A DNA stretch of 64,000 nucleotides. Source: Planctomycetota bacterium (GTDB lineage: Bacteria; Planctomycetota; Brocadiia; JAADGH01). Below, piece by piece: positions 50,391 through 59,569 of this stretch (positions are counted from its first letter, which is position 1; each line of letters starts with the position of its first letter). Where the stretch lies: assembly GCA_040755855.1 (NCBI GenBank), contig JBFMAD010000008.1, positions 1-64,000 of the forward strand, read 5' to 3'. The notes beneath the pieces are model-generated. The model was not told the DNA's origin. It saw only the letters and a list, made by a program, of their open reading frames with translations, and did no database searches. The position numbers and the translations under genes are program-made.

Positions 50391-52067
50391 GTGGCAAGAC
50401 TTATTGTATTCAAAGGCACGAACGCAGAGATGGTGTACGAGCTCGGCGACGAACCGGTGACCGTAGGCCGACACCCGGACAACGTGGTCCATGTGCTGGA
50501 CGCGAAGGCGTCGCGGGAGCACTGCCGGATTGTAAAAATAGAGGATGGTTACGAGATCAGGGACAACAACAGCCGGAACGGGACGCTGGTGAACGGTGTT
50601 GCCGTGATGAAAGCGGCGTTGTCCAACGGAGATCGGATTCAGGTGGGAAATACGATCATGCACTTTGAGGGGGAAGATAGAGAGGAGCCAAGCACAGTAG
50701 TCATCACGGAGGAAGCGGAGAATTTCGATGGGACGGTGGTTGAGGCGGCGTTGAACGTGCGTGACGCGACGCTTCTGGACCCGGATACGCCCCGCCCGGA
50801 CCTGGGACACCTGCGCCGGGCCGAAAAGGCGCTGACGGTTCTGTATGAGGGGGCCCAACTGCTCAGTTCCGGCAAGGGCATGGGCGATCTGTTAGACGCC
50901 GTGACGGGACTGGCGCTGGACCTGACGGGCGGGGATCGGGCGTTCATCGCCCTCCTTCGCGGCGACGGCGCCTTGGAAATCCAGGCGGCCCGCCCCTCCC
51001 TGGAGGGTATCCCTCAGTCGGAGATTGCGATCAGCAAGACCATCGCCAACGTGGCGTTGGGCGAGAAGACTGCGGTGCTCTGCTCCGATGCGCAGCGGGA
51101 CATCCGCTTCCGCAACCAGCAGAGCATCTACATGCACCGGATTCGTTCGGTGCTTTATGTGCCGTTGACCGCACACGACAAGGTGCTGGGGATTCTGGGG
51201 GTGGACAATACGGACCCCCTCAAAAGATTCACGAAGGAAAATTTGCGGCATCTCTCCATCTTGGCGAACCATTCCGCGGCGGCCCTGGACAACCTGCGGC
51301 TGCAGGAGGAGGCCGTCCGGCAGAAGGTGATAGATCAACAGTTGGAGATTGCGCGGGAGATTCAGCAGAACTTCCTGCCGGCCGACCTGAATATCGTCCC
51401 CAAAATGGAAACGGCCGCGAGCAGTCTGCCGGCCATGCTCGTGGGGGGGGACTTCTACGATTGCATCCCGCTGGACGGAAACCGCACGGTTCTTTCCATC
51501 GGCGATGTGGCGGGCAAGGGCATCCCCGCCGCGCTGTGCATGGGGCGGCTAATGGGCGACATCCGAGCCATGGTTGTGCACCATGAAGCCCCGTGCGAAA
51601 TCCTTGCCGCCCTGAACCAGTCCTTCCTCAAGAGGAGCACGCGGGGCATGTTCATCAGTCTGATTCTGATGGTCGTGGATTCCTATACCATGTCCTGCAC
51701 CATCTGCAACGCAGGACACCCGATGCCGATTATTTTGCGGAGCGGTTGCCCTTCCCCGGAATTCATCGAGGAACGCGGCGGCCCCACGCTGGGAATCGCC
51801 GACAGGGCCGAGTATGTGGACTATACCTTCTCGGTCGCGCCCGGGGACATCCTCTTTCTATATACCGACGGACTCATCGAGGCGCACAGCGGCTCCGAGG
51901 AGTTTTTCGGCATTGAGCGGCTGGCGGATGCGGTCCTCGCCTGCCGCGATATGAGGTGCGCAGAGATCATCCAGACGGTCTTCGATCGCGTGACGGCTTT
52001 CGCGGGCACGGAGACGATCCCCGACGACCTGACGACGATGGTCCTTCGCGTGCAGGAAAAGGCGTAG
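50391..52067 (+). CDS. FHA-GAF-PP2C (SpoIIE/RsbU-like) serine phosphatase
   Basis: VGRHPDN...SREH...SRNGTLVNG (FHA); IRSVLYVPL (GAF); VGGDFYD, GDVAGKG, NAGH, YTDGLIE, DDLT (SpoIIE). Confidence 0.9.
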   Translation: MARLIVFKGTNAEMVYELGDEPVTVGRHPDNVVHVLDAKASREHCRIVKIEDGYEIRDNNSRNGTLVNGVAVMKAALSNGDRIQVGNTIMHFEGEDREEPSTVVITEEAENFDGTVVEAALNVRDATLLDPDTPRPDLGHLRRAEKALTVLYEGAQLLSSGKGMGDLLDAVTGLALDLTGGDRAFIALLRGDGALEIQAARPSLEGIPQSEIAISKTIANVALGEKTAVLCSDAQRDIRFRNQQSIYMHRIRSVLYVPLTAHDKVLGILGVDNTDPLKRFTKENLRHLSILANHSAAALDNLRLQEEAVRQKVIDQQLEIAREIQQNFLPADLNIVPKMETAASSLPAMLVGGDFYDCIPLDGNRTVLSIGDVAGKGIPAALCMGRLMGDIRAMVVHHEAPCEILAALNQSFLKRSTRGMFISLILMVVDSYTMSCTICNAGHPMPIILRSGCPSPEFIEERGGPTLGIADRAEYVDYTFSVAPGDILFLYTDGLIEAHSGSEEFFGIERLADAVLACRDMRCAEIIQTVFDRVTAFAGTETIPDDLTTMVLRVQEKA

Positions 52068-53337
52068 GCGGTTTCTTCGCGCCGCGTGTCTTGTTCAAGG
52101 CGCCTCTGACGTGCTCGACATCGCCGGGCTTGAGGCCCTTCGCGGCGCGGGGGAGGTAGAGGTCGAATGTGGTTCCCACGCCCGGCGTGGATTTCACGGC
52201 AATATGGCCGCCATGGTTCCTGATGATGGAGTAACACGTCGTCAGGCCGAGGCCGGTCCCGGTTTGTTTTGTGGTGAAGTAGGGGTCAAAGATGTTCTCG
52301 ATATATTTCTCCGGAATGCCGACCCCCTCATCCGCGATTCGGATCTTGATATAATCCCCCGCAGCAAACGGCAACCTGCCGTCTGCCGCCAGACTAACGT
52401 TTTCGGCGCTCACCCGGATGACCCCGCCCTGCGGCATGGCCTGCACGGCGTTGAGCACGATGTTGCTGACGGCCTGTCCGATCTGGCCCGAATCGGCCTC
52501 CACAAGCCACAGCCCATCGGGGACGGAGAAGTCGCATCGGCAACGAGAACCGCTCACGGCCAATGATGCCGCGTCAATGATCTCCCCGCCGAGGGCGACG
52601 ATCCTCTTCACCGACATCCCCCCCTTGGCAAAGGTCAGCAACTGGCGCGTCAGGTCCTTTGCGCGCATGGCGGCCCTCTCGGCCTCCGCAAGGCGATCGA
52701 GGATTTTCCCTTTGGGGTCGGTCAGCACTTTCGCCAGAGAGATGTTGCCAATCACGCCGGTGAGGATGTTGTTAAAATCATGGGCAATTCCACCGGCGAG
52801 AACCCCGAGCGATTCTAACTTGCGGGCGCGGAGAATCTCCGCCTCCATCTGCTTTCGAGCTGTGATGTCGCGGATCACCGTCACCACTCCCACCGTCTGC
52901 GTTCCCTCCACGATCGGGATCTTCCGCGTTTCGGTGTTAATCGCAAGGTCGCCGACCACGTTGTCCTCCTCGGTGACCAGGACCTGGCCGGACTCCAGAA
53001 CCTGACGGTACTCCGCGAGAACTTCCTCGGGAAGGAATGGGAAGACTTCAAACACCGTCTTCCCGATCATGTCCTCGTCAAGCTTCAGTTCGTGTATCCA
53101 CTCGCGGAGCGCCCTGTTGGCCAACCGGATCCGTAGGTTGCGGTCCACCACATGAATGGCGTCGCCCATGGCGTCCAGCGTGGAGCGATACTGCCGTTCC
53201 GACTCCCCCAGCGCCTCCCGCGGAGCAGCCCTGACCATCCCGCGGTCAGCCTGCGCGGACTGAAACCCGGCGAGTTGCCTTCGCAGTTTCCTCAGTTCCG
53301 AGAGGAGTTCGGCCTTGTTCTTCTGCTTGTCGGACAT
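51967..53337 (-). CDS. PAS sensor histidine kinase (CckA-like core, no receiver domain)
   Basis: PAS ending IRDITARK; LAGGIAHDFNNIL H-box; NAVQAM, DEGVGI, FDPYFTTK, GTGLGL. The 3' end overlaps the convergent PP2C gene by about 100 nt. Confidence 0.85.
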   Translation of the reverse strand: MSDKQKNKAELLSELRKLRRQLAGFQSAQADRGMVRAAPREALGESERQYRSTLDAMGDAIHVVDRNLRIRLANRALREWIHELKLDEDMIGKTVFEVFPFLPEEVLAEYRQVLESGQVLVTEEDNVVGDLAINTETRKIPIVEGTQTVGVVTVIRDITARKQMEAEILRARKLESLGVLAGGIAHDFNNILTGVIGNISLAKVLTDPKGKILDRLAEAERAAMRAKDLTRQLLTFAKGGMSVKRIVALGGEIIDAASLAVSGSRCRCDFSVPDGLWLVEADSGQIGQAVSNIVLNAVQAMPQGGVIRVSAENVSLAADGRLPFAAGDYIKIRIADEGVGIPEKYIENIFDPYFTTKQTGTGLGLTTCYSIIRNHGGHIAVKSTPGVGTTFDLYLPRAAKGLKPGDVEHVRGALNKTRGAKKPPTPFPAREGPSSSGRRGSSPCPRKPSRDRRPSG

Positions 53338-53363
53338 GGCGCTCCCCTTGCCGTTCAAAGACG

Positions 53364-53402
53364 AAAAAACCCAATCATCGTCCACAGAAATGATGATTGG
53401 GT
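53364..53402 (-). terminator. Intrinsic terminator inside the kinase 5' leader
   Basis: Minus strand ACCCAATCATC-12 nt-GATGATTGGGT followed by TTTTT, about 26 nt before ATG 53337. Confidence 0.7.
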
Positions 53403-53514
53403 CGAAATGGATGGGTTAGACATAGCCGATGTCCTCATGCGATGGAAAATACACTATCATGCGGTTTCCACCGCCTCCCCACATCGGCACGGGCCCCGTC
53501 GGGCACCCCTTTTC
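53364..53514 (-). ncRNA. Candidate structured leader RNA/attenuator or small RNA
   Basis: Lies between a promoter and a terminator. Nested stems GCCGAUGU/ACAUCGGC and GCGGUGGAAA/UUUCCAUCGC. Confidence 0.4.
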
Positions 53515-53519
53515 ATGGT

Positions 53520-53548
53520 ATCCTATCCATAGGGGACCTATACGTCAA
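53520..53548 (-). promoter_or_regulatory. Sigma-70-type promoter for the kinase leader
   Basis: Minus strand TTGACG-17 nt-TAGGAT. Confidence 0.55.
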
Positions 53549-53606
53549 GAGGATTTTATCGGGAGTTTTCCGATGAATCGCAGGGAGACGCCTTGCCCTC
53601 CTGCCG

Positions 53607-53635
53607 TTGACTTGCCGCGCCCTATGCCGTATACT
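53607..53635 (+). promoter_or_regulatory. Sigma-70-type promoter for the radical SAM gene
   Basis: TTGACT-17 nt-TATACT. Confidence 0.65.
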
Positions 53636-53660
53636 GAAAGACAGAAAGGTGTCCATACGC

Positions 53661-54623
53661 ATGTTCAATGAACCCTGGTTCCAGCAGCTAAGGTATTACC
53701 CGTTCAGCCAATACCTGAAGAAGCGGTTCGGCTGCAGGGTGCATAAGGTCACGCTCCACGCGGGATTCACCTGCCCCAACCGCGACGGCAGGTGCGGCGT
53801 GGGAGGCTGCATCTACTGCGTGAACCAGAGCTTCAGCCCGGTGGCCGGCAAGGGGAACATGCCCATCCGGGAACAGATGAAAAAGGGCATGAAATTCCTC
53901 CGACGACGATCCGGCGCGCAGAAGTTCATCGCCTACTTTCAACCCTTTTCAAACACATATGCCGACGTGGCCACGCTGAAGGCCCGCTACGACGCTGCCC
54001 TGTGCGACGACGACATCGTCGGCATCTCCATCGGCACCCGGCCGGACTGCGTCCCCGACGAGGCACTCGATCTCGTCCAGAGCTACACCGCCCGATATGA
54101 GGTGTGGCTGGAATATGGCATCCAGAGCATTCACGAGCAAACGCTCCGTCGGATCAACCGGGGGCACTTCTTTGACGCCTTCGAGGACGCCGTGCGGCGG
54201 ACGCAGGGGAGGGGGATCAAGATCTGCGCCCATACGATTCTTGGGCTGCCGGGCGAGACCCGAGAGGATATGATTGAGACGTCGCGCGCTGTCAGCGACC
54301 TCGGCATAGACGGCGTAAAGTTGCACCACCTCTACGTGGCCAAGGGGACTCCTCTGCACGAGATGTATGATCGCGGGGAGGTGCAAGTCATGAGCGCAGA
54401 GGAGTACATCCCGCTGGTCTGCGACTGCCTCGAGGTGATCCGGTCCGACGTGGCCATCCAGCGGCTCGTGGGGGATACCCACGGCGGGATGCTGGTGGCT
54501 CCCATCTGGCCGCAGAAGAAGAGCGAGGTATTCGCCGCCATATCGGCGGAGTTGAGGCGGCGCGATTCCTGCCAGGGCGCGCGCTGCGGGACCTCGGTAT
54601 CGGCCCATGCCCTTGCGAAATGA
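53661..54623 (+). CDS. TIGR01212-family (YhcC/YtqA-like) radical SAM protein
   Basis: GFTCPNRDG...GGCIYC, IAYFQ, IGTRPDC, INRGH, GVKLHHL. Confidence 0.9.
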   Translation: MFNEPWFQQLRYYPFSQYLKKRFGCRVHKVTLHAGFTCPNRDGRCGVGGCIYCVNQSFSPVAGKGNMPIREQMKKGMKFLRRRSGAQKFIAYFQPFSNTYADVATLKARYDAALCDDDIVGISIGTRPDCVPDEALDLVQSYTARYEVWLEYGIQSIHEQTLRRINRGHFFDAFEDAVRRTQGRGIKICAHTILGLPGETREDMIETSRAVSDLGIDGVKLHHLYVAKGTPLHEMYDRGEVQVMSAEEYIPLVCDCLEVIRSDVAIQRLVGDTHGGMLVAPIWPQKKSEVFAAISAELRRRDSCQGARCGTSVSAHALAK

Positions 54624-55373
54624 TCAAGACCCCGTCGTAAGCCACAAGTTCCCGTCGTTGCCGTTGGCATTGGACCGCAACTTGTTGTTGAACCAGGTGT
54701 CCGTCGAGCCGTCGGGCACGTAGGCCGCTGTGTAGTCGGTTAGGGGTGCGGTGAACCCGGTGTATGAGGTGGCGTTCATCTTGGTCGAGTAAACCTCGCC
54801 TATCTCGTTCACCGCATAAGTTCGGCTCCCCGTCGCGCCCAGTTCCACTGGCCATGCATAACAGACAAAACTGTTTTCCTGAATCGTGATGGCCGCAAAT
54901 TGGGTGGCGTCTGCGGGATCGAAGATGGGTCCGCCCTGTCCCGATGCGTTTCCCGTTCCACCGAGGGTGCGGTCATCCCCCGCGGTGGTGTCCGTATCGG
55001 CCAGGAACATCCTGTAGAGATAGCCCGACGCCTCCGCCGTTCCATTCCCATTGGCCCCGGCGGTGGAGAAGTTCATGGAGATGTAGGTGGGATAGACCGC
55101 GCCGGCGGCCTTTGTGCTGCGCGGCGTGATCTCGCCGCACAGCTCCGAGAGCAGCCCGGCCTCGCCGTTGCCGTCCCAGTCCTGATCCACCTCCTCCTGC
55201 AAGTGAAATAGCGCCTGTTGCGTTGCAATGGTCTTGAGGTTGCCCACAGCGGACGACTCATTGGCCGACATGCGGGCGCGAAGGACGTTCGGAACGGCCA
55301 CCGAAGCGATCACGGCGATAATGGCCACAACGATCATCAATTCGATGAGTGTGAAGCCGTGGCGCCTGTTCAT
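54624..55373 (-). CDS. Type IV pilin-like protein (prepilin N-terminal cleavage/methylation domain)
   Basis: MNRRHG/FTLIELMIVVAIIAVIASVAVP, followed by ARMSANESSAVGNLKTI. Confidence 0.9.
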   Translation of the reverse strand: MNRRHGFTLIELMIVVAIIAVIASVAVPNVLRARMSANESSAVGNLKTIATQQALFHLQEEVDQDWDGNGEAGLLSELCGEITPRSTKAAGAVYPTYISMNFSTAGANGNGTAEASGYLYRMFLADTDTTAGDDRTLGGTGNASGQGGPIFDPADATQFAAITIQENSFVCYAWPVELGATGSRTYAVNEIGEVYSTKMNATSYTGFTAPLTDYTAAYVPDGSTDTWFNNKLRSNANGNDGNLWLTTGS

Positions 55374-55452
55374 GGCTTGGGTCCCTTTCAGCACAGCAGA
55401 CACGATACAAGAGAAATGTCGCGGGAATCAGACAGATTCCTGCTTGCACATG

Positions 55453-55468
55453 TGCAAATATGGGGCCA
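55453..55468 (-). promoter_or_regulatory. Sigma-54 (-24/-12) promoter upstream of the pilin gene
   Basis: Minus strand TGGCCCCATATTTGCA: GG-N10-GC spacing, close to TGGCAC-N5-TTGCA. An AT-rich tract lies just upstream. Confidence 0.6.
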
Positions 55469-55838
55469 AAGAGCTGCCTATATCATAAATGATTTGTACA
55501 TAGCATGTTATGAAAATATATTTATGCGGGCGGGCCAGGTGCGCTCATGTGCGCAATATACGCGTTTATGATACCGTTGTAGTAATCGAGCGCCCGAATT
55601 GCGCACGGCCATAGGGTAAGATGGTGTTGGACTGGGCCAATGATTGGGGATGGATTTTCCGATGGCAAGCGGCTGGTCCAGCGCAAGGAGCGCAATCCGG
55701 CGGATGTGGAATGGGTTTGAAACCAGCGTTGCGTGGGCCGCGAGGTCGGGATTTTGTTTGAAATGGCATTATGGCTCTGTTATGCTACGAATGAGTTTTG
55801 TGTTTCTACTTCCCCTCGGTATGGATAACAGCGGCGCG

Positions 55839-56129
55839 GTGAATAAGAAGCTCTTGGACATTCTGGCGTGTCCGTGGTGCCTCGGAGATCTGGACCTGGC
55901 GGGGGGCAATCTGACCTGCCGGAGATGCCGGACGGTCTATACGATTGAAGACGATATTCCCAATATGCTCGTGCCCGAGGCGCGGGTCTTCTGCCCCCTG
56001 TGCCACAAGGAAATGGAGAAGATCGAGGAGTACGCCTGTTGCGCGAAATGTGGCAGGAAGTTCTCCATGGAGCAGCGGATCGAGGGCAACATGAGCGACC
56101 ATGCCGAGCCATATGCCGAAAAATCCTGA
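55839..56129 (+). CDS. Trm112-like (YcaR) protein with an extra C-terminal zinc ribbon
   Basis: LLDILACPWC...LTCRRC...YTIEDDIPNML, then CPLC...CAKCG. Confidence 0.75.
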   Translation: MNKKLLDILACPWCLGDLDLAGGNLTCRRCRTVYTIEDDIPNMLVPEARVFCPLCHKEMEKIEEYACCAKCGRKFSMEQRIEGNMSDHAEPYAEKS

Positions 56130-56206
56130 CAACTGGCGGGAGCGGCAAGACCAACAGCCAAACACACGTGCCCGGGATTGCCCCGTGAGGTGCCCTATAT
56201 TCACCG

Positions 56207-56980
56207 ATGTCTGACCTACAGGCGATAATTTCCGATGTTCACGGCAACTTCGAGGCCATGAAAGCGGTCCTCGACGATATCCTATCGAAGAACATCACCG
56301 ATATCGTCTGCCTGGGCGACCTCGTCGGCTATGGGCCGAATCCGAAAGAGTGCATTGACTATGCAACTAACTTCCGCATCACCATGATCGGCAACCACGA
56401 GGAGGCCCTCATGGAGGAGTTGCGAACGAGCGGATTCAATCCCAAGGCGTCCGGATCGCGGAACTGGACCTATGAGCAACTCAATCTGTTCGACGAGGAA
56501 CACAGGGAGGAAAACGCCAAGCGCTGGGATTTCATCGGCGAGATGAAGGAGATCTACACCGAAGGCGATGTCATGTATGTTCACGCCTCGCCCTGCGATC
56601 CCACGCGTGAGTATATCTACCAGCGGGACATCGCCCAGCCGGTAAAGATGAAACGGATCTTCATGGAGATCGAGCACATCTGCTTTGTGGGACACACACA
56701 CCAGCCGGGCATCTTCACGGAGGACATGGCCTATTTCTCCCCGAAGGACCTTCCCAAGATCTGCAAACTGCCCCCTGGCAAGAAAACCATCGTCAACGTC
56801 GGGTCCGTCGGCCAGCCGCGCGATTTTGACGTCCGCGCCTGCTATGTCGTGTTTGATCCTAAGTCCAAAGCCATTGCCTACCGGAGAGTCGCATACGATG
56901 TGGAACGCACCGCGCAAAAGATCTTCGAGACAGACGGCCTCGACGACACGCTCGGACAGCGCCTCCTGGCAGGACGGTGA
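56207..56980 (+). CDS. Metallophosphoesterase (calcineurin-like)
   Basis: ISDVHGN, LGDLVGYG, GNHE, VHASP, GHTH, NVGSVGQPRD. Confidence 0.9.
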   Translation: MSDLQAIISDVHGNFEAMKAVLDDILSKNITDIVCLGDLVGYGPNPKECIDYATNFRITMIGNHEEALMEELRTSGFNPKASGSRNWTYEQLNLFDEEHREENAKRWDFIGEMKEIYTEGDVMYVHASPCDPTREYIYQRDIAQPVKMKRIFMEIEHICFVGHTHQPGIFTEDMAYFSPKDLPKICKLPPGKKTIVNVGSVGQPRDFDVRACYVVFDPKSKAIAYRRVAYDVERTAQKIFETDGLDDTLGQRLLAGR

Positions 56981-56983
56981 CCC

Positions 56984-57649
56984 GTGGATGAGGTGAAAAA
57001 AGCCAGGGCCGAACTCGTTGAAATCGGCCGACTCATCGAGCGGAAGGACCTCATCGTGGGACCCGGCGGCAACACCAGCGTCCGCGTCGGCGACGTCATC
57101 TATGTCAAGGCCTCCGGCAAGTCCTTCGAGGAAGCGATCGAGTCCGACTATGTCGGCGTGGACCTCCACACGGGCAAGCTGGTAGACGGCGACCTTAAGC
57201 CCACGTCCGAAATCGCCATGCACCGGGGCTGCTACCTCGTCCGGGAGGATATCCGCGCCGTCGTCCACACCCATCCGCCCTTCGCCATGGGGGTGGCAAG
57301 CGCCGGGAAGACCATCGAGCCCCTCTGCCCCGACTACGTGGCCCTCATCGGCAGGGCCATCCCCCTCGTGGACTATGTGGTCCCCACCGGCCAGGAGATC
57401 GCCGACGCCGTCGTCCCCGTCATCAAGGAGCACAATGCGGCGCTCCTCGCCAACCACGGCGTGGTTGCCGTGGGGCGGAACCTGCGGGAGGCCTATTATC
57501 GAAACCTCTTCGTCGAATCGGCGGCCAAGGCGCTGGTAGCCGCGGAGGTCGTTGGAACCCTCCGCCCCCTGACCGACGAGGAAGTCGCCGAGATTGACGG
57601 ACTCGCCACCGAGAAATATCGTAGAGACCTTCTGAAGGACCAACGTTGA
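56984..57649 (+). CDS. Class II aldolase/adducin family (L-fuculose-phosphate aldolase-like)
   Basis: GGNTSVR, KPTSEIAMH, VVHTHPP, LLANHGV. Confidence 0.9.
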   Translation: MDEVKKARAELVEIGRLIERKDLIVGPGGNTSVRVGDVIYVKASGKSFEEAIESDYVGVDLHTGKLVDGDLKPTSEIAMHRGCYLVREDIRAVVHTHPPFAMGVASAGKTIEPLCPDYVALIGRAIPLVDYVVPTGQEIADAVVPVIKEHNAALLANHGVVAVGRNLREAYYRNLFVESAAKALVAAEVVGTLRPLTDEEVAEIDGLATEKYRRDLLKDQR

Positions 57650-57675
57650 TCCGCCCATCTTCCCCAGAGAGTTGA

Positions 57676-59565
57676 ATGGATAGAAACACACTACTTGCCC
57701 TTGTGCTGTCCGCCCTCGTGCTGATCCTCTGGCAATGCTTCGTCGTCCCCCGCTACGCCCCGCCGCCGAAGCCGGAGGAGGAAAGCGCCGTCGCAGACAA
57801 GGAACCCGCCGCGCCGCCGCAGAGCGAGACGCAACCAGCAACCACCGAAAAGAAGCCCGAACCGAAGGAAAAAGCCCTGGAGCAGGAACCGGAACAGCCG
57901 GCGACTCAGGAATCAAAGCAATCGAAGAAGATCGAGGGCCTGCCCGAGGCCGAACCCCAGGACGACATCGAGCTGGACGCCCCGGGATCGAAACTGATGA
58001 CCGCCTGGACCAACCAGGGCGCCGCCCTCAAGCGGTTGACCTTCCGGGACTACTACACCGACGTGGAGCATACCGAGAACCTGACCCTCCTGAAACCGAT
58101 CGAGAACGCACCGCTGTCATTGACCCTCACAAACGTCATGATGGTCTCCGGCGAGGACATCAACAGCCCCGTGGAGGAGGGCTACAGCCTGGACCTGGAC
58201 CGGCGCGCCTATCATGTGGCCCGAGAGGACGGAAAGTTGACCTTCACCACCGGCTTCCAGAACGGCCTCGAGGTCGTCAAGTGCTTCGAACTCGATCCGG
58301 CCACATACCACCTGAACGCCGCGCTTGCCTTCCGGAACAAGGGGAAGGAACCCGTCAAATTGCAGTACAGCATCGTCGCCTCCGGCCCCATCGTCCCGGA
58401 CGACCTCTCCGGGATGAATCTCTACGCTTTCGCTGCAACGATGGACGACGCCGGCCGCGTCGGGGTCCAAAAGGTCCATGCCGGAAAGCTCCCCAAGGGG
58501 GCCTTCGCCGTTGAGGGAGAGGCCATAGATATCCTCTGGGCCGGCTGCGACAACATGTATTTCGCCGCCGCGCTCCAGCCCCAACAGGGACCGGAGGAGA
58601 AATGGGTCTACCGCGCCGTGGGGTCGGCCTTTGAGCAAACCCTCCCGCCGCGAGCGCCCAACGAGAAGGGCCAGACCATTCACAACGCCACAATGACGCT
58701 GACCTCCTACCCCGTCGTCATCCAGCCGGGCAAGGAGGCCGTCCATCGCTTCGCCTACTTCGTCGGCCCCAAGGACAAAGACATCCTCGCCAAGCAGGGC
58801 TGGGCACATATGACCGATCTCGTGGACTTTGGCATGTTCGGGCTGATCAGCAGACTGCTCCTCTGGCTCCTGGACAGGTTTTACGCCCTGATCCCAAACT
58901 ACGGATGGGGCATCATCTTCATCACGGTCGTCGTCAAGATCTGTCTCCATCCCCTGTCTCGCAAGACCCAGATCTCCATGCACCGCATGCAGAAGCTCCA
59001 GCCCCTCATCAACGAACTGAAGGAAAAACTCAAGAACGACCCGCAACGTCTCCAGAGGGAACAGTGGGAACTCTTTCGGAAGTACCGCGTCAATCCCTTC
59101 GGCGGCTGCCTGCCCATGTTCATCCAGATTCCCGTCTTTCTCGGCCTCTTCCGCGCCTTGCAGCTCAGCATCGTCTTCCGGCAGGCGGACTTTGTACTCT
59201 GGATCAAGGACCTCTCCCAGCCAGATCGCCTTGCCATCCTTCCCTTCCAACTGCCCTTCCTCGGTAACGAATTGAACGTCCTGCCTATCCTGATGACCGC
59301 CACTTGGCTCATCCAGCAGGGGACCATGCCCAAGCCCGCCGACCCCCAGCAGGCCCAGCAGCAGAAGATCATGATGTTCATGCCCGTCATGTTCGGCTTC
59401 ATGCTCTACAGCATGGCATCCGGCCTGACTCTCTATTGGATGACCAGCACCCTCCTCGGCATCTTTGAGCAGATGTATATCAAGCGACTCATCGCCCGGA
59501 TGCCCGACCTGGAACCGGTGGAAGAAGCAAAGCCGCCCAAGAAATCTCTGCGCCGCGGGAGATAG
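57676..59565 (+). CDS. yidC: Membrane protein insertase YidC
   Basis: N-terminal TM and large periplasmic domain; FVGPK, NYGWGII, MQKLQP, NPFGGCLPMFIQIPVF, WIKDLSQPD, SGLTLYW. Confidence 0.95.
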   Translation: MDRNTLLALVLSALVLILWQCFVVPRYAPPPKPEEESAVADKEPAAPPQSETQPATTEKKPEPKEKALEQEPEQPATQESKQSKKIEGLPEAEPQDDIELDAPGSKLMTAWTNQGAALKRLTFRDYYTDVEHTENLTLLKPIENAPLSLTLTNVMMVSGEDINSPVEEGYSLDLDRRAYHVAREDGKLTFTTGFQNGLEVVKCFELDPATYHLNAALAFRNKGKEPVKLQYSIVASGPIVPDDLSGMNLYAFAATMDDAGRVGVQKVHAGKLPKGAFAVEGEAIDILWAGCDNMYFAAALQPQQGPEEKWVYRAVGSAFEQTLPPRAPNEKGQTIHNATMTLTSYPVVIQPGKEAVHRFAYFVGPKDKDILAKQGWAHMTDLVDFGMFGLISRLLLWLLDRFYALIPNYGWGIIFITVVVKICLHPLSRKTQISMHRMQKLQPLINELKEKLKNDPQRLQREQWELFRKYRVNPFGGCLPMFIQIPVFLGLFRALQLSIVFRQADFVLWIKDLSQPDRLAILPFQLPFLGNELNVLPILMTATWLIQQGTMPKPADPQQAQQQKIMMFMPVMFGFMLYSMASGLTLYWMTSTLLGIFEQMYIKRLIARMPDLEPVEEAKPPKKSLRRGR

Positions 59566-59569
59566 GGAG

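Noticed and set aside
53490..53512. TPP or cobalamin riboswitch call for the kinase leader (GGGGTGCCC start)
   Set aside because: It lacks the CTGAGA and CCTGA motifs of TPP and the GCNACTG motif of cobalamin, so it is kept only as an unclassified candidate.
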